NCBI RefSeq assembly: GCF_006345805.1
Contig: NC_043010.1
Span: forward strand, 12,400,001 to 12,464,000
Source: Octopus sinensis
Taxonomy: Eukaryota
Direction: 5' to 3'
DNA length: 64,000 nt
The position numbers and the translations under genes are program-made. The notes beneath the pieces are model-generated. The model saw only the letters and a list, made by a program, of their open reading frames with translations. It ran no database searches and was not told the origin of the DNA. Positions 51,351 to 64,000 of the stretch are shown one piece after another (position 1 is the first letter of the stretch; each line of letters opens with the position of its first letter).

Positions 51351-52784
51351 AATACTATATGCATTCATTTCTTCCGGTGAACAGCAGTTCTGTGTGTATT
51401 TGGTGAGGAAGAGCAAAAGGTGACGATAAAAGAGAAAGGAATGGTAGTTATAAGGAGTTGGAGATGTGTGTGATGATGTTAAATTTATTCTGATATTTGA
51501 GCTTGCAGATGTCAAGATGAGTATTATAGTTGTTTGGCTTGACCTTAGTCACAGCAGGCACCCACCTCAATGAACTCAGAAGTAGTGGGGACAATATGTA
51601 CAGCTATCAGAGTTCAAATTCTGCTGCAGATGACTTTACCTTTGTTGTGGCAAATACACCCAAGTGAGAAGTGGGCTGTTCCCCTACTGATAGATAGTGG
51701 ACAGGCACAGCAAACAGGGGAGACATATCAGCCTTTCATCCTTCTGTGGTTGATAAGTTGAGTACCAGTGGAGTACTGGGGTCGATGTAATCGACTTAAC
51801 TTTTCCTGCCCAAATTTCAGGCCTTCTTCCTATAGCAGAAAGGATTATTATTTAGGGATATACCAATTTGCATAAATGTTGCACTCTTGTCAGGCAGTAA
51901 AAATAATAAATCATTGATGGATTAGTAGTGTTTGCTTTCTGATACTATAATATTAATATATCTTATTAAAAAAGAACTTCTGAAACAGCATACATTACAT
52001 CCAATCATGAAAAAATATAAGCAAACAGAATATATATGTGTTGTGTGTGTGTGACTGTGTTTGTGTATACATGTATTACATGTATATATGTGTATATATG
52101 TAAATACATATACATATACATATTGTCGCATACATACAAATACACACATATGTATGTATACATTTGTCTAAATATACATACATTTATACTCATATATATA
52201 TATATATATATACAAATATATGTAAACAATACTTATAAATACATATATATGTAGGTATGTATGTATATATATGTGCATGTATATATTTATGAATCTTTAT
52301 ATATATGTAGGTATATATATATATATATACAAATATATATAAACAATACTTATAAATACATATATATATGTAGGTATGTATATATATGTGCATGTATATA
52401 TTTATGAATCTTTATATATATGTAGGTATATATATATATATATATAAACTTCTAAATGATGATATCTCTTTTTTGCCAATCATTACTAACATAAGACACA
52501 ATCCCAGAAATTTGGAGGATGGAGTATATAATCAATTAAATCCACTACAATACATGCTAAGCAATCTAGTTTACCCATCCTAAAAGGATGAAAGATAAAA
52601 GGCAAAGTTAATCTGAGATTGATTTGAACTCAGAACACAAAGAGTGAGAGCAAATAGTGCAGGAGGTATTTTATCCATTGCTGTAAAGAACAGATGAATA
52701 AAAGGATATATGATATACATCAACTACATCAGCAGTTGATATCGCCTTGCATATAATCAATAATGATGATAACGATAATGTTCT

Positions 52785-53180
52785 TTTCTAGTCTAGGCAC
52801 AAGGCCCGAAATTTTGGGGAGGGGTCAGTCGATTAGATCAACCCCAGTATGCTATTGGTATTTAATTTCTCACCCCCAAAAGAATGAATGGCAAAGTGGA
52901 TCTCAGCGGAATTTGAACTCAGAATGTAAAGAGAGACGAAATACCTATTTCTTTACTACCCACAAGGGGCTAAACACAGAGGGGACAAATAAAGACAGAT
53001 AAAGGGATTAAATAGATTATATCGACCCCAGTGTGTAACAGGCACTTAATTTATCAACCTTGAAAGAATGAAAGGCAAAGTTGACCTCAGCATAATTTGA
53101 ACTCACAACTCAACGGCAGATGAAATACGGCTAAGCATTTTGCCCGGCGTGCTAATGTTTCTGCCAGCTCACTGCCTTTG
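52785..53180 (-). mobile_element. Two adjacent/nested SINE family B copies
   Basis: Two gaatttgaactc cores; tail variant cccacaaggggctaaac. Confidence 0.8.
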
Positions 53181-53248
53181 ATAATAATAATGTTAATCCT
53201 GAATTTCTAGGAGAGGGTTTGCTTGATCACATTGTATGCAGTGTTCAA

Positions 53249-53607
53249 CTGGTACTTAATTTATCAACCCCAGAAGGATAAAAGATAAATTCAACCTTGG
53301 CAGAATTTGAACTTGCCACCTAAAGCTAAGCATGTTGTTTGGCATTCTAAGGCATTCTAATGACTCTGCCAGTTTGTTGCCTTAATGATGAAACTAAATA
53401 ATTCTTTCGCATTTTGGCACAAGGCCAGCAACTTTGAGTGGGGGTGGAGAAGTCAGCTGGTACTTATTTTATCCACCCTAAAGGGATGAAAGGCTAAGTC
53501 CACCTTGGCAGAATTTGAACTGTAATGCATTTTGTGCAGTATGCTAACAATTCTGCTAGCTGGCCACATTATAAAATAATAATAATAATATAATAATAAT
53601 AATAATA

Positions 53608-53688
<81 letters not shown>

Positions 53689-53887
53689 GTAGTAGTAGTA
53701 GTATTCAGACAAATACATAACAAAAACACCAGGACTAACAAATATATATAACATACAAAAAATAGCACTACTAGGCACTGCACACATCCTACGTAAAACA
53801 CTTTCAGTACAGTAACAATAAACCACAGCACATACCCAAGGCACACAGAGCTGCACTTGGTAGTGCAGTGAAAGCATGGAATAAAAA

Positions 53888-53939
<52 letters not shown>

Positions 53940-54748
53940 GAGAAATATCAAGATCTAGCCAGAGCCACAAAGAGATTGTAGAAGCCTAAGGTGACATTTA
54001 TTCCTGGTGTAGTTGGGGCACCAAGGATATGGGAACCAAGACTTGTATTGTTGACCTGCCATTCTATTATCTGCAAGAAACCTAGGAAAGATTCTTGAGA
54101 TTCAAGGAGACTTAATTACCACCAAACCTCAAGACAATATTCCTGTAAACTAATAATAAAACATGTAATAGTCATATTATATTATTATTATTAACAACAA
54201 CAACAACAACAACGACGACGACAACAACAACGACGACAACAACAACGACAACAACAACGACAACGACAACAACAACAACAGTGATAATAATAATAATGCT
54301 ATTCTCAGAGAGAAAGAGAGAGTAATTTCTATATTAACAATTATATTAAGAGTAATAATCCTCTCTCCTGACGGCACAAAGCCTGAAGATTAGGGGGAGG
54401 AGACCAGTCGATTTCATCGATCCCCAACGTTTCACTGGTACTTAATTATCAACCCCAGAAGGATAAAAGATAAATTCAACCTTGGCAGAATTTGAACTTG
54501 CCACCTAAAGCTAAGCATGTTGTTTGGCATTCTAAGGCATTCTAATGACTCTGCCAGTTTGTTGCCTTAATGATGAAACTAAATAATTCTTTCGCATTTT
54601 GGCACAAGGCCAGCAACTTTGAGTGGGGGTGGAGAAGTCAGCTGGTACTTATTTTATCCACCCTAAAGGGATGAAAGGCTAAGTCCACCTTGGCAGAATT
54701 GAACTGTAATGCATTTTGTGCAGTATGCTAACAATTCTGCTAGCTGGC

Positions 54749-54796
<48 letters not shown>

Positions 54797-54861
54797 CATA
54801 ATAATAATATAATAATAATAATATAATAATAATAATAATAAGAAGACAGAAGAAGAAGAAG

Positions 54862-54893
<32 letters not shown>

Positions 54894-55082
54894 GTAGTAG
54901 TATTCAGACAAATACATAACAAAAACACCAGGACTAACAAATATATATAACATACAAAAAATAGCACTACTAGGCACTGCACACATCCTACGTAAAACAC
55001 TTTCAGTACAGTAACAATAAACCACAGCACATACCCAAGGCACACAGAGCTGCACTGGTAGTGCAGTGAAAGCATGGAATAA

Positions 55083-55113
<31 letters not shown>

Positions 55114-55657
55114 TAATAATAATAATAATAATAGAGAAATATCAAGATCTAGCCAGAGCACAAAGAGATTGTAGAAGCCTAAGGTGACATTTATTCCTGG
55201 TGTAGTTGGGGCACCAAGGATATGGGAACCAAGACTTGTATTGTTGACCTGCCATTCTATTATCTGCAAGAAACCTAGGAAAGATTCTTGAGATTCAAGG
55301 AGACTTAATTACCACCAAACCTCAAGACAATATTCCTGTAAACTAATAATAAAACATGTAATAGTCATATTATATTATTATTATTAACAACAACAACAAC
55401 AACGACGACGACAACAACAACGACGACGACAACAACAACGACGACAACAACAACGACAACAACAACGACAACGACAACAACAACAACAGTGATAATAATA
55501 ATAATGCTATTCTCAGAGAGAAAGAGAGAGTAATTTCTATATTAACAATTATATTAAGAGTAATAATCCTCTCTCCTGACGGCACAAAGCCTGAAGATTA
55601 GGGGGAGGAGACCAGTCGATTTCATCGATCCCCAACGTTTCACTGGTACTTAATTTA
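53249..55657. repeat. ~1.2-kb tandem duplication (53249-54434 and 54435-55642)
   Basis: Identical order of SINE B pieces, TAA/GAA/GTA/CAA microsatellites and R4-like fragments; junction motif ctggtacttaatt. Confidence 0.93.
53700..53890 (+). mobile_element. R4/Dong-like LINE 3' end in (TAA)n (duplicated at 54900-55085)
   Basis: KYITKTPGLTNIYNIQKIALLGTAHILRKTLSVQ*; same family as 33790-34020. Confidence 0.75.
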
Positions 55658-56097
55658 TTGACCCCGAAAGGATGAAAGGCAGAGTCAACCTCAGCAGTAT
55701 TTGAACTCGGAACGTAGCGGCAGACGAAATACCGATAAGCATTTCTCCCAGTGTGCTAATGATTCTGCCAGCTCACCGCCTTATATATATATATATTAAG
55801 AGTAATAATAATAATAGTAATTATATATATGAGTATGTGTTTATGAGTGTGTGTATACAGGTATATACAGGTATATACAGGTATATCGATGAACACCAGA
55901 TGTGATTCAGAAGTGTACTACTATCACCACTAAACAGATTAGCTGTCTTGTTAGTTGAAGGAAATCAATAATATATATATATTTTTAAAGAACTTTTTAA
56001 AGAACTTTCAGCAGGTTTTCTTCTGGTTCATGACTGATGCATTATAATCTGTTGTTCAGAAAGCCATGAATGATTAATGAAAATCTCTAAGACTCAC

Positions 56098-56248
56098 CAG
56101 GAATTTCTTCATAAGGACTCATATCCTTTTTATTCTGACTGCTATTTTGCAGTTTATGAGGAGATACATTGCTGCCATAGTGATCAGGAGTTGCAATGAA
56201 CCTTCTTTCGTGTCTTCCAGATGTCATTCCAACTTCTTGAATACAAGC
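56098..56248 (-). CDS. Candidate host coding exon (151 bp), product unknown
   Basis: Acceptor tcttcttag|G, donor CTG|gtgagt, open frame ACIQEVGMTSGRHERRFIATPDHYGSNVSPHKLQNSSQNKKDMSPYEEIP in non-repetitive sequence. Confidence 0.35.
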
Positions 56249-57180
56249 CTAAGAAGACAGATATCAAACATGTAGCTTTTTTACAATTGAAATATATTCA
56301 TAAATAGCTAAGGTATGTATTTGTATTCTTAGGTGTGCTTGGTGCACATCACACACCCACAAATGTCATGAAATGATTGATGATTTAATAAATTTGTTGT
56401 AAGTAAATTGCATATTTGCAATTTATTACAACTTTTGCATAATGTTTAGAAAGATGCTATTCATAATCCATGAATAGATGCTAATATTTATTGAAATCTC
56501 CTGCATTATAATATAATATAATATAATATAATATAATATATAATTTGCTGTCATTACCAGAAGTACCATAGTTTCGTGGTAAACTCTCACAGTGTGCTTA
56601 ATTTCCATTGTGAGATCAATTCCTGGTTGAGCCACTCCCCTTCAAGTACTCTGCAATTTCTTACGGTGATCAATAGCTTGGAAATGTTAAAACATGATAT
56701 GATGTTTTTATAAATACATTTGAGAATACCACTCATCACACCCAGTTTATTTCCCAAGGTACTATATCTACAGAATATTAATTATAATCATGGAAATTAG
56801 GAGCTCACAGCCAGGCATGCTTTTTCTAAGATTATTGGTAAAGTGAATGAAATAGCAATGACTTTTACCACCACCACAACTCTGGAAGCAGCACTTGAAT
56901 TACTTGAATGGCAAATTGCTAGTTTATCACTTAAGTTAAATACCCTTATCACCTAATATTTTTGTATAATAGTGACCTTAAATTTTGACTTAGAACAATG
57001 ATAGAAACTTCTTATATTTGAAGGGTGCATTGGTTTAAATGTAATCTAATATGGTTCATTAAAAGTTTAATCAAATATATAGAAAAAAATACAAAAAAAC
57101 ACATACAATAGGAATACAAAATACAAAATGGCTGACCGTTAGTAAGGAGAGACACACAAATAAGAAAGAAGAAAGCAAAG

Positions 57181-57224
57181 GACCACTGATGAGGTCACGG
57201 GAGTGTGACGAAAGAACTCTGGCC
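57181..57224 (+). ncRNA. Minimal type I hammerhead ribozyme motif with intact core
   Basis: GACCA-CTGATGA-g-GTCAC gggagt GTGAC-GAAA-GaaC-TC-TGGCC; predicted cleavage after C57219. Confidence 0.65.
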
Positions 57225-57572
57225 GAAATAAGATTAAGATTAATGTAAAAAATGAATAACGCTGAAGCAAAGTAACACCATATATATAGTGCGTGTGTTT
57301 TTATTGGCTAAACTGGCAAAATGACCATTCCTAAATAAAACACAAAAATATATTTGTTGTGAAAATGTATTTACAAATACTTTTAAAGTAAGACACAAAA
57401 AATGTAAACCAATAGGCTTATACACACACATACACACTCATAATGAATAATATAATACAAAAATATTTTTACTATAGACACAGGGCCTGAAATAAATATA
57501 CTACAATAAAGGTAAAGACCCTTTTTAGAATAAAGTTGTGGAAGGTAACTTCTACCATTCCTTCCACAACTT

Positions 57573-57966
57573 TATTCTTTTATTTGTTTTAGTCATTTGA
57601 CTGTGGCCATGCTGGAGCATCACCTTTAGTTGAACAAATCAACCCCAGGACTTATTCTTTGTAAGCCTAGTACTTATTTTATCGGTATATTTTGCCAAAC
57701 TGCTAAGTTATGGGGACATAAACACACTAGCATCGATTGTCAAGTGATATTGGGGGACAAACACAGATACACAAACATATACATATGTATGTGTGTGTAT
57801 ATATGACGGGCTTCTTTCAGTTTCCGTCTACCAAATCCACTCACAGGCTTTGGTCGGCCTGAGGTTATAGTAGAAGACACTTGCCTGAAGTGCCACGCAG
57901 TAGGACTGAACCCGGAACAATGTGGTTGGTAAGCAAGCTACTTACCACACACAGCCACTCCTGCAC
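57573..57966 (-). mobile_element. SINE family A
   Basis: Complete head to tail. Confidence 0.88.
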
Positions 57967-58109
57967 CAGGACCTGTAAGAGGTCCTGAAAAGAGTAATGG
58001 GTGCACCATTCCTCCTCTGACTAAACCATAAGAAAACAAGTAAAAAGATCAAAAAGAAATCACATCCTTCTTAACTCTATATCAATTGTATGTATTTAGA
58101 GTATATTAA

Positions 58110-58320
58110 CTGTTGTGTCTGGGGAGAGTTATTTTCTCTTTTTCTTTTTGTGCCTTATAATATAACACACTCACCGGTAAAATCTCCACTTTTTAATTTT
58201 TTAAAATTAAAAATTTTTTTTAATTTTTTAATTTTATATTATATTTTTATTTTATATTTTATTTTTATGTTATAAGGCACAAAAAGAAAAAGGGAAAATG
58301 ACTCTCCCCAGACACAACAG
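58110..58320. repeat. Foldback with ~50-bp arms and AT-rich spacer
   Basis: ctgttgtgtctggggagag...ttgtgccttataa pairs with ttataaggcacaa...ctctccccagacacaacag. Confidence 0.85.
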
Positions 58321-58737
58321 AATATGCTTCAACACACGAACTCACATAAAGAATCTTGCAAACCAAATCCAAAAACGAAGTATATTAACTGATATCCATT
58401 TACATTACTTGAATCTTATTTATTATTTATAAATAGTGTTTAAACAAAGACAGGCCATGCTCTGTGTATGTAACACTAGACAGACATTTCATATAACCTA
58501 ACCCACTTTAGACAACCTCCAGTTCTAAGGTATAAATTCACTGTCTTAAAGTGTTATAAATCAAAACTTTCCATCAAAATTTCATGTTAATCTATCTTCC
58601 AAATACCAGCTTAATAATGCCAAAGTTATTTAACTAAACTTCTTATTTCTTTAAAATCTAACTGAAACAATGACAATGTATTTTAACATACATATTGTAA
58701 CAAAAGTGTTTTCTGGTTCAGTACTCATAAGTCATGT

Positions 58738-59045
58738 CGAGGCGCAATGGCCCAGTGGTTAGGGCAGCGGACTCATGGTCGGAGGATCGCAGTTTTGATT
58801 CCCAGACTGTGCGTTGTGTGTGTTTATTGAGCCAAAACACCTAAAGCTCTATGAGGCTCTGGCAGGGGCTGGTGGCGACCCCTGTTGTACTCTTTTGCCC
58901 CAACTTTCTCTCACTCTCTCTTCCTGTTTCTTGAGTAATGCTGCGATGGACTGGCGTCCCATCAAACTGGGAGGAACACATACGCCACAGAAACTGGGAA
59001 ACCGGGCCCATGAGCCTGGCTAGGTTTGAAAAAGGTGCATAAGTA
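58738..59045 (+). mobile_element. SINE family C
   Basis: Head shared with 1672; tail shared with 14121-14180 (reverse complement). Confidence 0.8.
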
Positions 59046-59139
59046 AATAAATAAACTTATAAGTCACATGTTGTTGCTGTTTTTGTTGGTGTTGGTGGTC
59101 CTATTGATTTTTAGCACTAATTCACTTTAACCACATTAA

Positions 59140-59604
59140 CCCTTTCGTTACAGTATTTATTTTAAGATGCTCTGTGTTTCTTTCAGTTACTTTAAATATA
59201 ACAAAGAATTTAGTAAAATAACTTAGTTATCATTCAGCTAGTGTTAGGAACGTAAATTGTGACTAAGGTTTGGTGGAAGATTTTAAATCAGAACTTTTGG
59301 AAACAAGACATCTGTACTAAAGAGCCAGAGTCAGTTTCAGTCAAGTTGGTAACGAAAGGGTTAAAAATATTATGGTGACTTTAACCTTTTTGTTCCATAT
59401 TTCTGTTGAGATGTTCTGTGTTTCTTTCAATTACTTTAAATATAACAAAAAATTTAGTAAAATAACTTGGTTATCATTAAGCTAGTGTTAGGAACATAAA
59501 TTGTGACTAAGGTTTGGTGGAAGATTTTAATTCAAAACTTATGAAAACAAGACATCTGTACTAAAGAGCCAAGGCCGGTTTCAGCTGGGTTGGTAACGAA
59601 AGGG
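59140..59604. mobile_element. Two adjacent piggyBac-like MITE copies
   Basis: 59140-59360 and 59385-59604, each TTAA-flanked with CCCTTT/AAAGGG-type ends. Confidence 0.88.
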
Positions 59605-60126
59605 TTAAAAAACAGTAACATACTATTTCTTTCTTTTTTTTTTTTTTCTAGGGAATGGGGGCAACAGAGTAGCCAAAATATGCTAAAATATAACACCCTA
59701 CTGTTTTAAAAGGAATGACTCATTGGATGAAATAGTCAGAAAACCAAAAGATAAGATAGTTTGTGACCAGAATGCTTTTGATCACAGGTCTTTTCATTCA
59801 AGATTGAACTGGGGCCAAAGAACAAAAGCAAGTAAAAAGTTACCTTTGGGTAAATACGTATTCTTTGATATATTAGCGACTAATGTCAAACTTATTTCTG
59901 GCTATATAAACCTATTAATTCTTCATTTCAGTCTTACATGCCATATTCTCCGTTTTTCACATATTTTCCACATCAAAGTCAAATTTTTCAAACCAAAATT
60001 TACATCTAAAAAGTGTAAATAAACTTATTCCTGAAGACTGAAGATGGCTTTGGAAGACCAAACACTCCATTTGAAATGTAGCATGATTTTAAAAGATAGT
60101 GATAATATTTGAATATATATATACAT

Positions 60127-60167
<41 letters not shown>

Positions 60168-60337
60168 TATTATATATATACATATATGTATATATACATA
60201 TATGTGTGTATAATATATATATATATGTATATGTATATATATGTATATATATACATATATATATGTGTATATATATATAAATATATATATATATAACTTA
60301 TATATATTTATAAATACATATATGTGGTGTGTGTATA

Positions 60338-60377
<40 letters not shown>

Positions 60378-60419
60378 TATATATGCATATATACATATAT
60401 ATGTATATATACATAAAGA

Positions 60420-60735
60420 CCATTCATGCCTGAGTCGCTGCCAGTGCCGCCTGACTGACTCCCCATGCCAGTGGCACATAAAAAGCACCATCCAAACCTG
60501 GTTGATGTCTGTCCCCCACCTCACTGCCCCAACTGGGTCCCATGCCTGTGGCACATAAAAAGCACCCACTACACTCTCGGAGTGGTTGGCATTAGGAAGG
60601 GCATCCAGCTGTAGAAACATTGCCAGATCTGATCGGAGCCTGGTGCAGTCTCCTGGCTTGCCAGTCCCCAGTCAAACTGTCCAACCCATGCCAGCATGAA
60701 AAACAGACGTTAAACTTTGATGATAATGATGACAT
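60420..60735 (+). mobile_element. RTE 3'-end fragment / RTE-tail SINE
   Basis: gtggcacataaaaagcacc twice, ggagtggttggcattaggaagggcatccagctgtagaaac, (gat)n tail. Confidence 0.8.
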
Positions 60736-61216
60736 GTATGCTGGTAAATATGGTAAGTGCTTCCAGGGGAATTATAACATTCACATCTTATTTTGGATGA
60801 TATCTACTTGCTTATCAATAATCATCCAGAGTCTAGAGACAATGAAGAAAATTCTACAAAGTTATTTGACCTTCTAGAAATAGCAACCAAATCTCCCTCA
60901 AACCACAGACTACTAGCTTAAAAAAAGGACACATTGGATTATGTAGACCAGATTATACAATTTATGAAAAAGGAAAGACAATATTCTTTTATGCTTTTAA
61001 TTGTTTCAGTTACTTGGCAGTGGCCATGCTGGAGTACTACCTTTAGTTAAACAAATCAACCCAAGGACTTATTCTTTGTAAGCTTAGTGCTTATTCCATC
61101 AGTCTCTTTTGCCAAACCACTAAGTTACTGGGACTTAAACACACCAACATCGGATGTCAAGTGATGGGTGGGGGGGACAAACATAGACACACATGCATAT
61201 ATATATATATGCATAT

Positions 61217-61248
<32 letters not shown>

Positions 61249-61264
61249 TATATATATATAATAT

Positions 61265-61315
<51 letters not shown>

Positions 61316-61593
61316 TATACATATACATATACATATATATATATATATTATATAAATATATATATACACACACATATACATATACATATATATATATATA
61401 GAATGGTTGTATACTGTCAATCTAACAAGAACGTGACAGTAAGGGGTACACCACCGTTGTATAGCCCTAGGAGGCATCGAACGCCTCCTGACAGCTTCGA
61501 CACATTTTTTTCCTGTGTCCTTATATATATATAGGAAGGGGAGACAAACACCCCCAACCGCCAGAACTGCATCTAGGGACACCGTGTTTCAGG

Positions 61594-62230
61594 ATCATCA
61601 TCATTGAGGTCGTCATCGTCAATCACCCTCATCACCACCACCACCACCATCACCATCACCACCATCATCATCACCCTCATCATCATCATCATCACCATCA
61701 TGCTCATCATCACTACTACCACCACTACCACCACTACTATCATCATTGAGGTCATCATCGTCATCATCCATCACCCTCATCACCACCAACCACCACCATC
61801 ATCATCATCATCGTCATCATCACCATCACGCTCATCATCACAACCACCACCACTACCACCACCACTATCATCATCATTGAGATCGTCATCGTCATTGTCA
61901 TCGTCCATCACCCTCATCACCACCACCACCACCACCACCACCACCACCACCATCATCATCACCCTCATCATCATCATCATCTTCATCATCACCATCACGC
62001 TCATCATCACTACCATCACCACTATCATCATCATTGAAATCGTCATCATCATCGTCCATCACCCTCATCACCACCACCACCACCACCACCATCACCCTCA
62101 TCATCATCATCATCATCACGCTCATCATTGAGGTCGTCATCGTCATCGTCCATCACCCCACCACCACCACCACCACTATCACCACCACCACCACCACTAC
62201 CACCATCATCATCATTAACACCATCATCAT
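61594..62230. repeat. (CAT)/(CAC) compound trinucleotide minisatellite
   Basis: Repeating module attgaggtcgtcatcgtc...catcaccctcatcaccacc. Confidence 0.9.
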
Positions 62231-62681
62231 TAAGAATCAGTATTAAAATAAAGGAAATATGCATGAATTCAAGGAAGCAGAAATCCATTCCCTTGATAGC
62301 GAGTTTGCCACCCAAAATAGTTTTGATGAAGAACACCCACTTCATTAGAAAGAGAATGAAACAGTATATTCTAAGCATCCTAATTGTATTACAATTTGCT
62401 CATTTGTAAGGAAACTTCCAGAAAGTTTATGAATGCCACTAAATTGGAAGTGTAAAAATATCAAGTGCTGTATCATCAGACTTAATAACATCAGCAAAAA
62501 TTCACCTGCATCCTCAATGCAGAGTCAAAAAAGTTTCTACAAAAACGACTAATGAAACAGAATAATTTTGCAAACATACTTCAGATATAAGGTATTCCTC
62601 TTCGTTATGATATTATTTGGAAAATATTGTTGGGACTTTCAAACAGTTATCAAATATACTAAATATTTTAATTGAAATAGT

Positions 62682-63362
62682 CTCTCTTTTACTCTTTTAC
62701 TCTTTTACTTGTTTCAGTCATTTGACTGCGGCCAGCCATGCTAGAGCACCGCCTTTAATCGAGCAACTCCACCCCGGGACTTATTCTTTTGTAAGCCCAG
62801 CACTTATTCTATCGGTCTCTTTTGCCGAACCGCTAAGTGACGGGGGACGTAAACACACCAGCATCGGTTGTCGAGCAATGCTAGGGGGACAAACACAGAC
62901 ACACAAACACATATATATATATATATATATATATACTTTTTTTTTATTTACTCTTTTTACTTGTTTCAGTCATTTGACTGCGGCCATGCTGGAGCACCAC
63001 CTTTAGTCGAGCAAATCGACCCCGGACTTATACTTTTGTAAGCCCAGTACTTATTCTATCGGTCTCTTTTGCTGAACCGCTAAGTGACGGGGAACGTAAA
63101 CACACCAGCATCAGTTATCAAGCAATACTAGGGGGACAAACACACACACACAAACACATACACAGACACACACATATATATATATATATACATATATACG
63201 ACAGGCTTCTTTCAGTTTCCGTCTACCAAATCCACTCACAAGGCATTGGTCAGCCCGGGGCTATAGCAGAAGACACTTGCCCAAGGTGCCACGCAGTGGG
63301 ACTGAACCTGGAACCATGTGGTTGGTTAGCAAGCTACTTACCACACAGCCACTCCTGCGCCT
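62682..63362 (-). mobile_element. Tandem/nested SINE family A copies
   Basis: 3' half at 62682-62915 followed by a full copy at 62945-63362. Confidence 0.88.
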
Positions 63363-64000
63363 ATTAAAAAAAAATTTTTTTTTTCAACGTGATGGAAAAT
63401 AGAGTTTTACCAACTTAAATTTTAATTTCTTTCTGCTTATTGATTGACCATGAGTCTACAGTGTCCTGCTGTTGTTGTTATTGTTGTTGTTGTTGACGTT
63501 GTTGTTATTATTACTGTTGTTGTGGTATAATTATTTTACATGAATAAATACAATGGTTAATGCCACTAAATTCTTTTACAGTAATTATGGTTGAGGGGTA
63601 GAAACTTACAGAGGAAGACAATAGATCACATTAGACATGAATTTCAAAGGAGTTTTATGTGTATCTATATATAGCAGGGCTTGGCTCATCAGCTCCTGAC
63701 TCACCAGCTCTGGTCAAACTGTCCGGCCCATGGATGTTGATAATTATATATATAACCATATAAGAAAAGGCATAGATAATAGGTTTTACTTATTTATTTG
63801 TGCATTTATTAATGTTTTGTGTGTGTGTAATATATATAGACCAATATAGACCAATAGAATAAATACCAGGTTTAACAAAAATTAAGTATTGGGGTTGATT
63901 CATTCGACTAAAAATTCTCAAGGCAGTGCCCCAACATGGCCACAGTTTAATCACAAAAACAAGTAAAAGGTAAAAGATGTATATACTCTTTTACTTGTTT

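Noticed and set aside
60030-60070. ctgaagatggc...gaccaaac hammerhead-like string
   Set aside because: GAAA and stems too degenerate to support a call.
62245-62610. Coding-looking unique sequence
   Set aside because: Stops in every frame and no convincing splice-site pair.

Overview
AT-rich, gene-poor eukaryotic DNA made almost entirely of microsatellites and transposable elements. The SINE/LINE repertoire resembles that of octopus-type cephalopod genomes (inference from recall, not checked by search). No confident host protein-coding gene is visible, only one candidate minus-strand exon at about 56.1 kb; most listed ORFs are microsatellite artefacts. Recognisable elements are: a near full-length RTE-clade LINE (APE + RT + PHD-like finger, frameshifted), a decayed full-length mariner with a SINE inserted in its catalytic motif, Merlin/hAT-like and piggyBac-like MITEs, fragments of CR1, RTE, R4/Dong-like and Penelope-like (GIY-YIG) elements, dozens of tRNA-like SINE copies, minisatellites and a 1.2-kb tandem duplication. 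The most unusual signal is a set of mutually dissimilar foldback/palindromic inserts and short repeats in AT-rich sites. Many carry minimal hammerhead-ribozyme cores (CTGANGA + extra purine, stem II, GAAA, tiny near-palindromic stem III, NUH), suggesting a non-coding Penelope-derived hairpin/ribozyme (retrozyme-like) system. One tandem family has covarying hammerhead segments in a non-canonical order.
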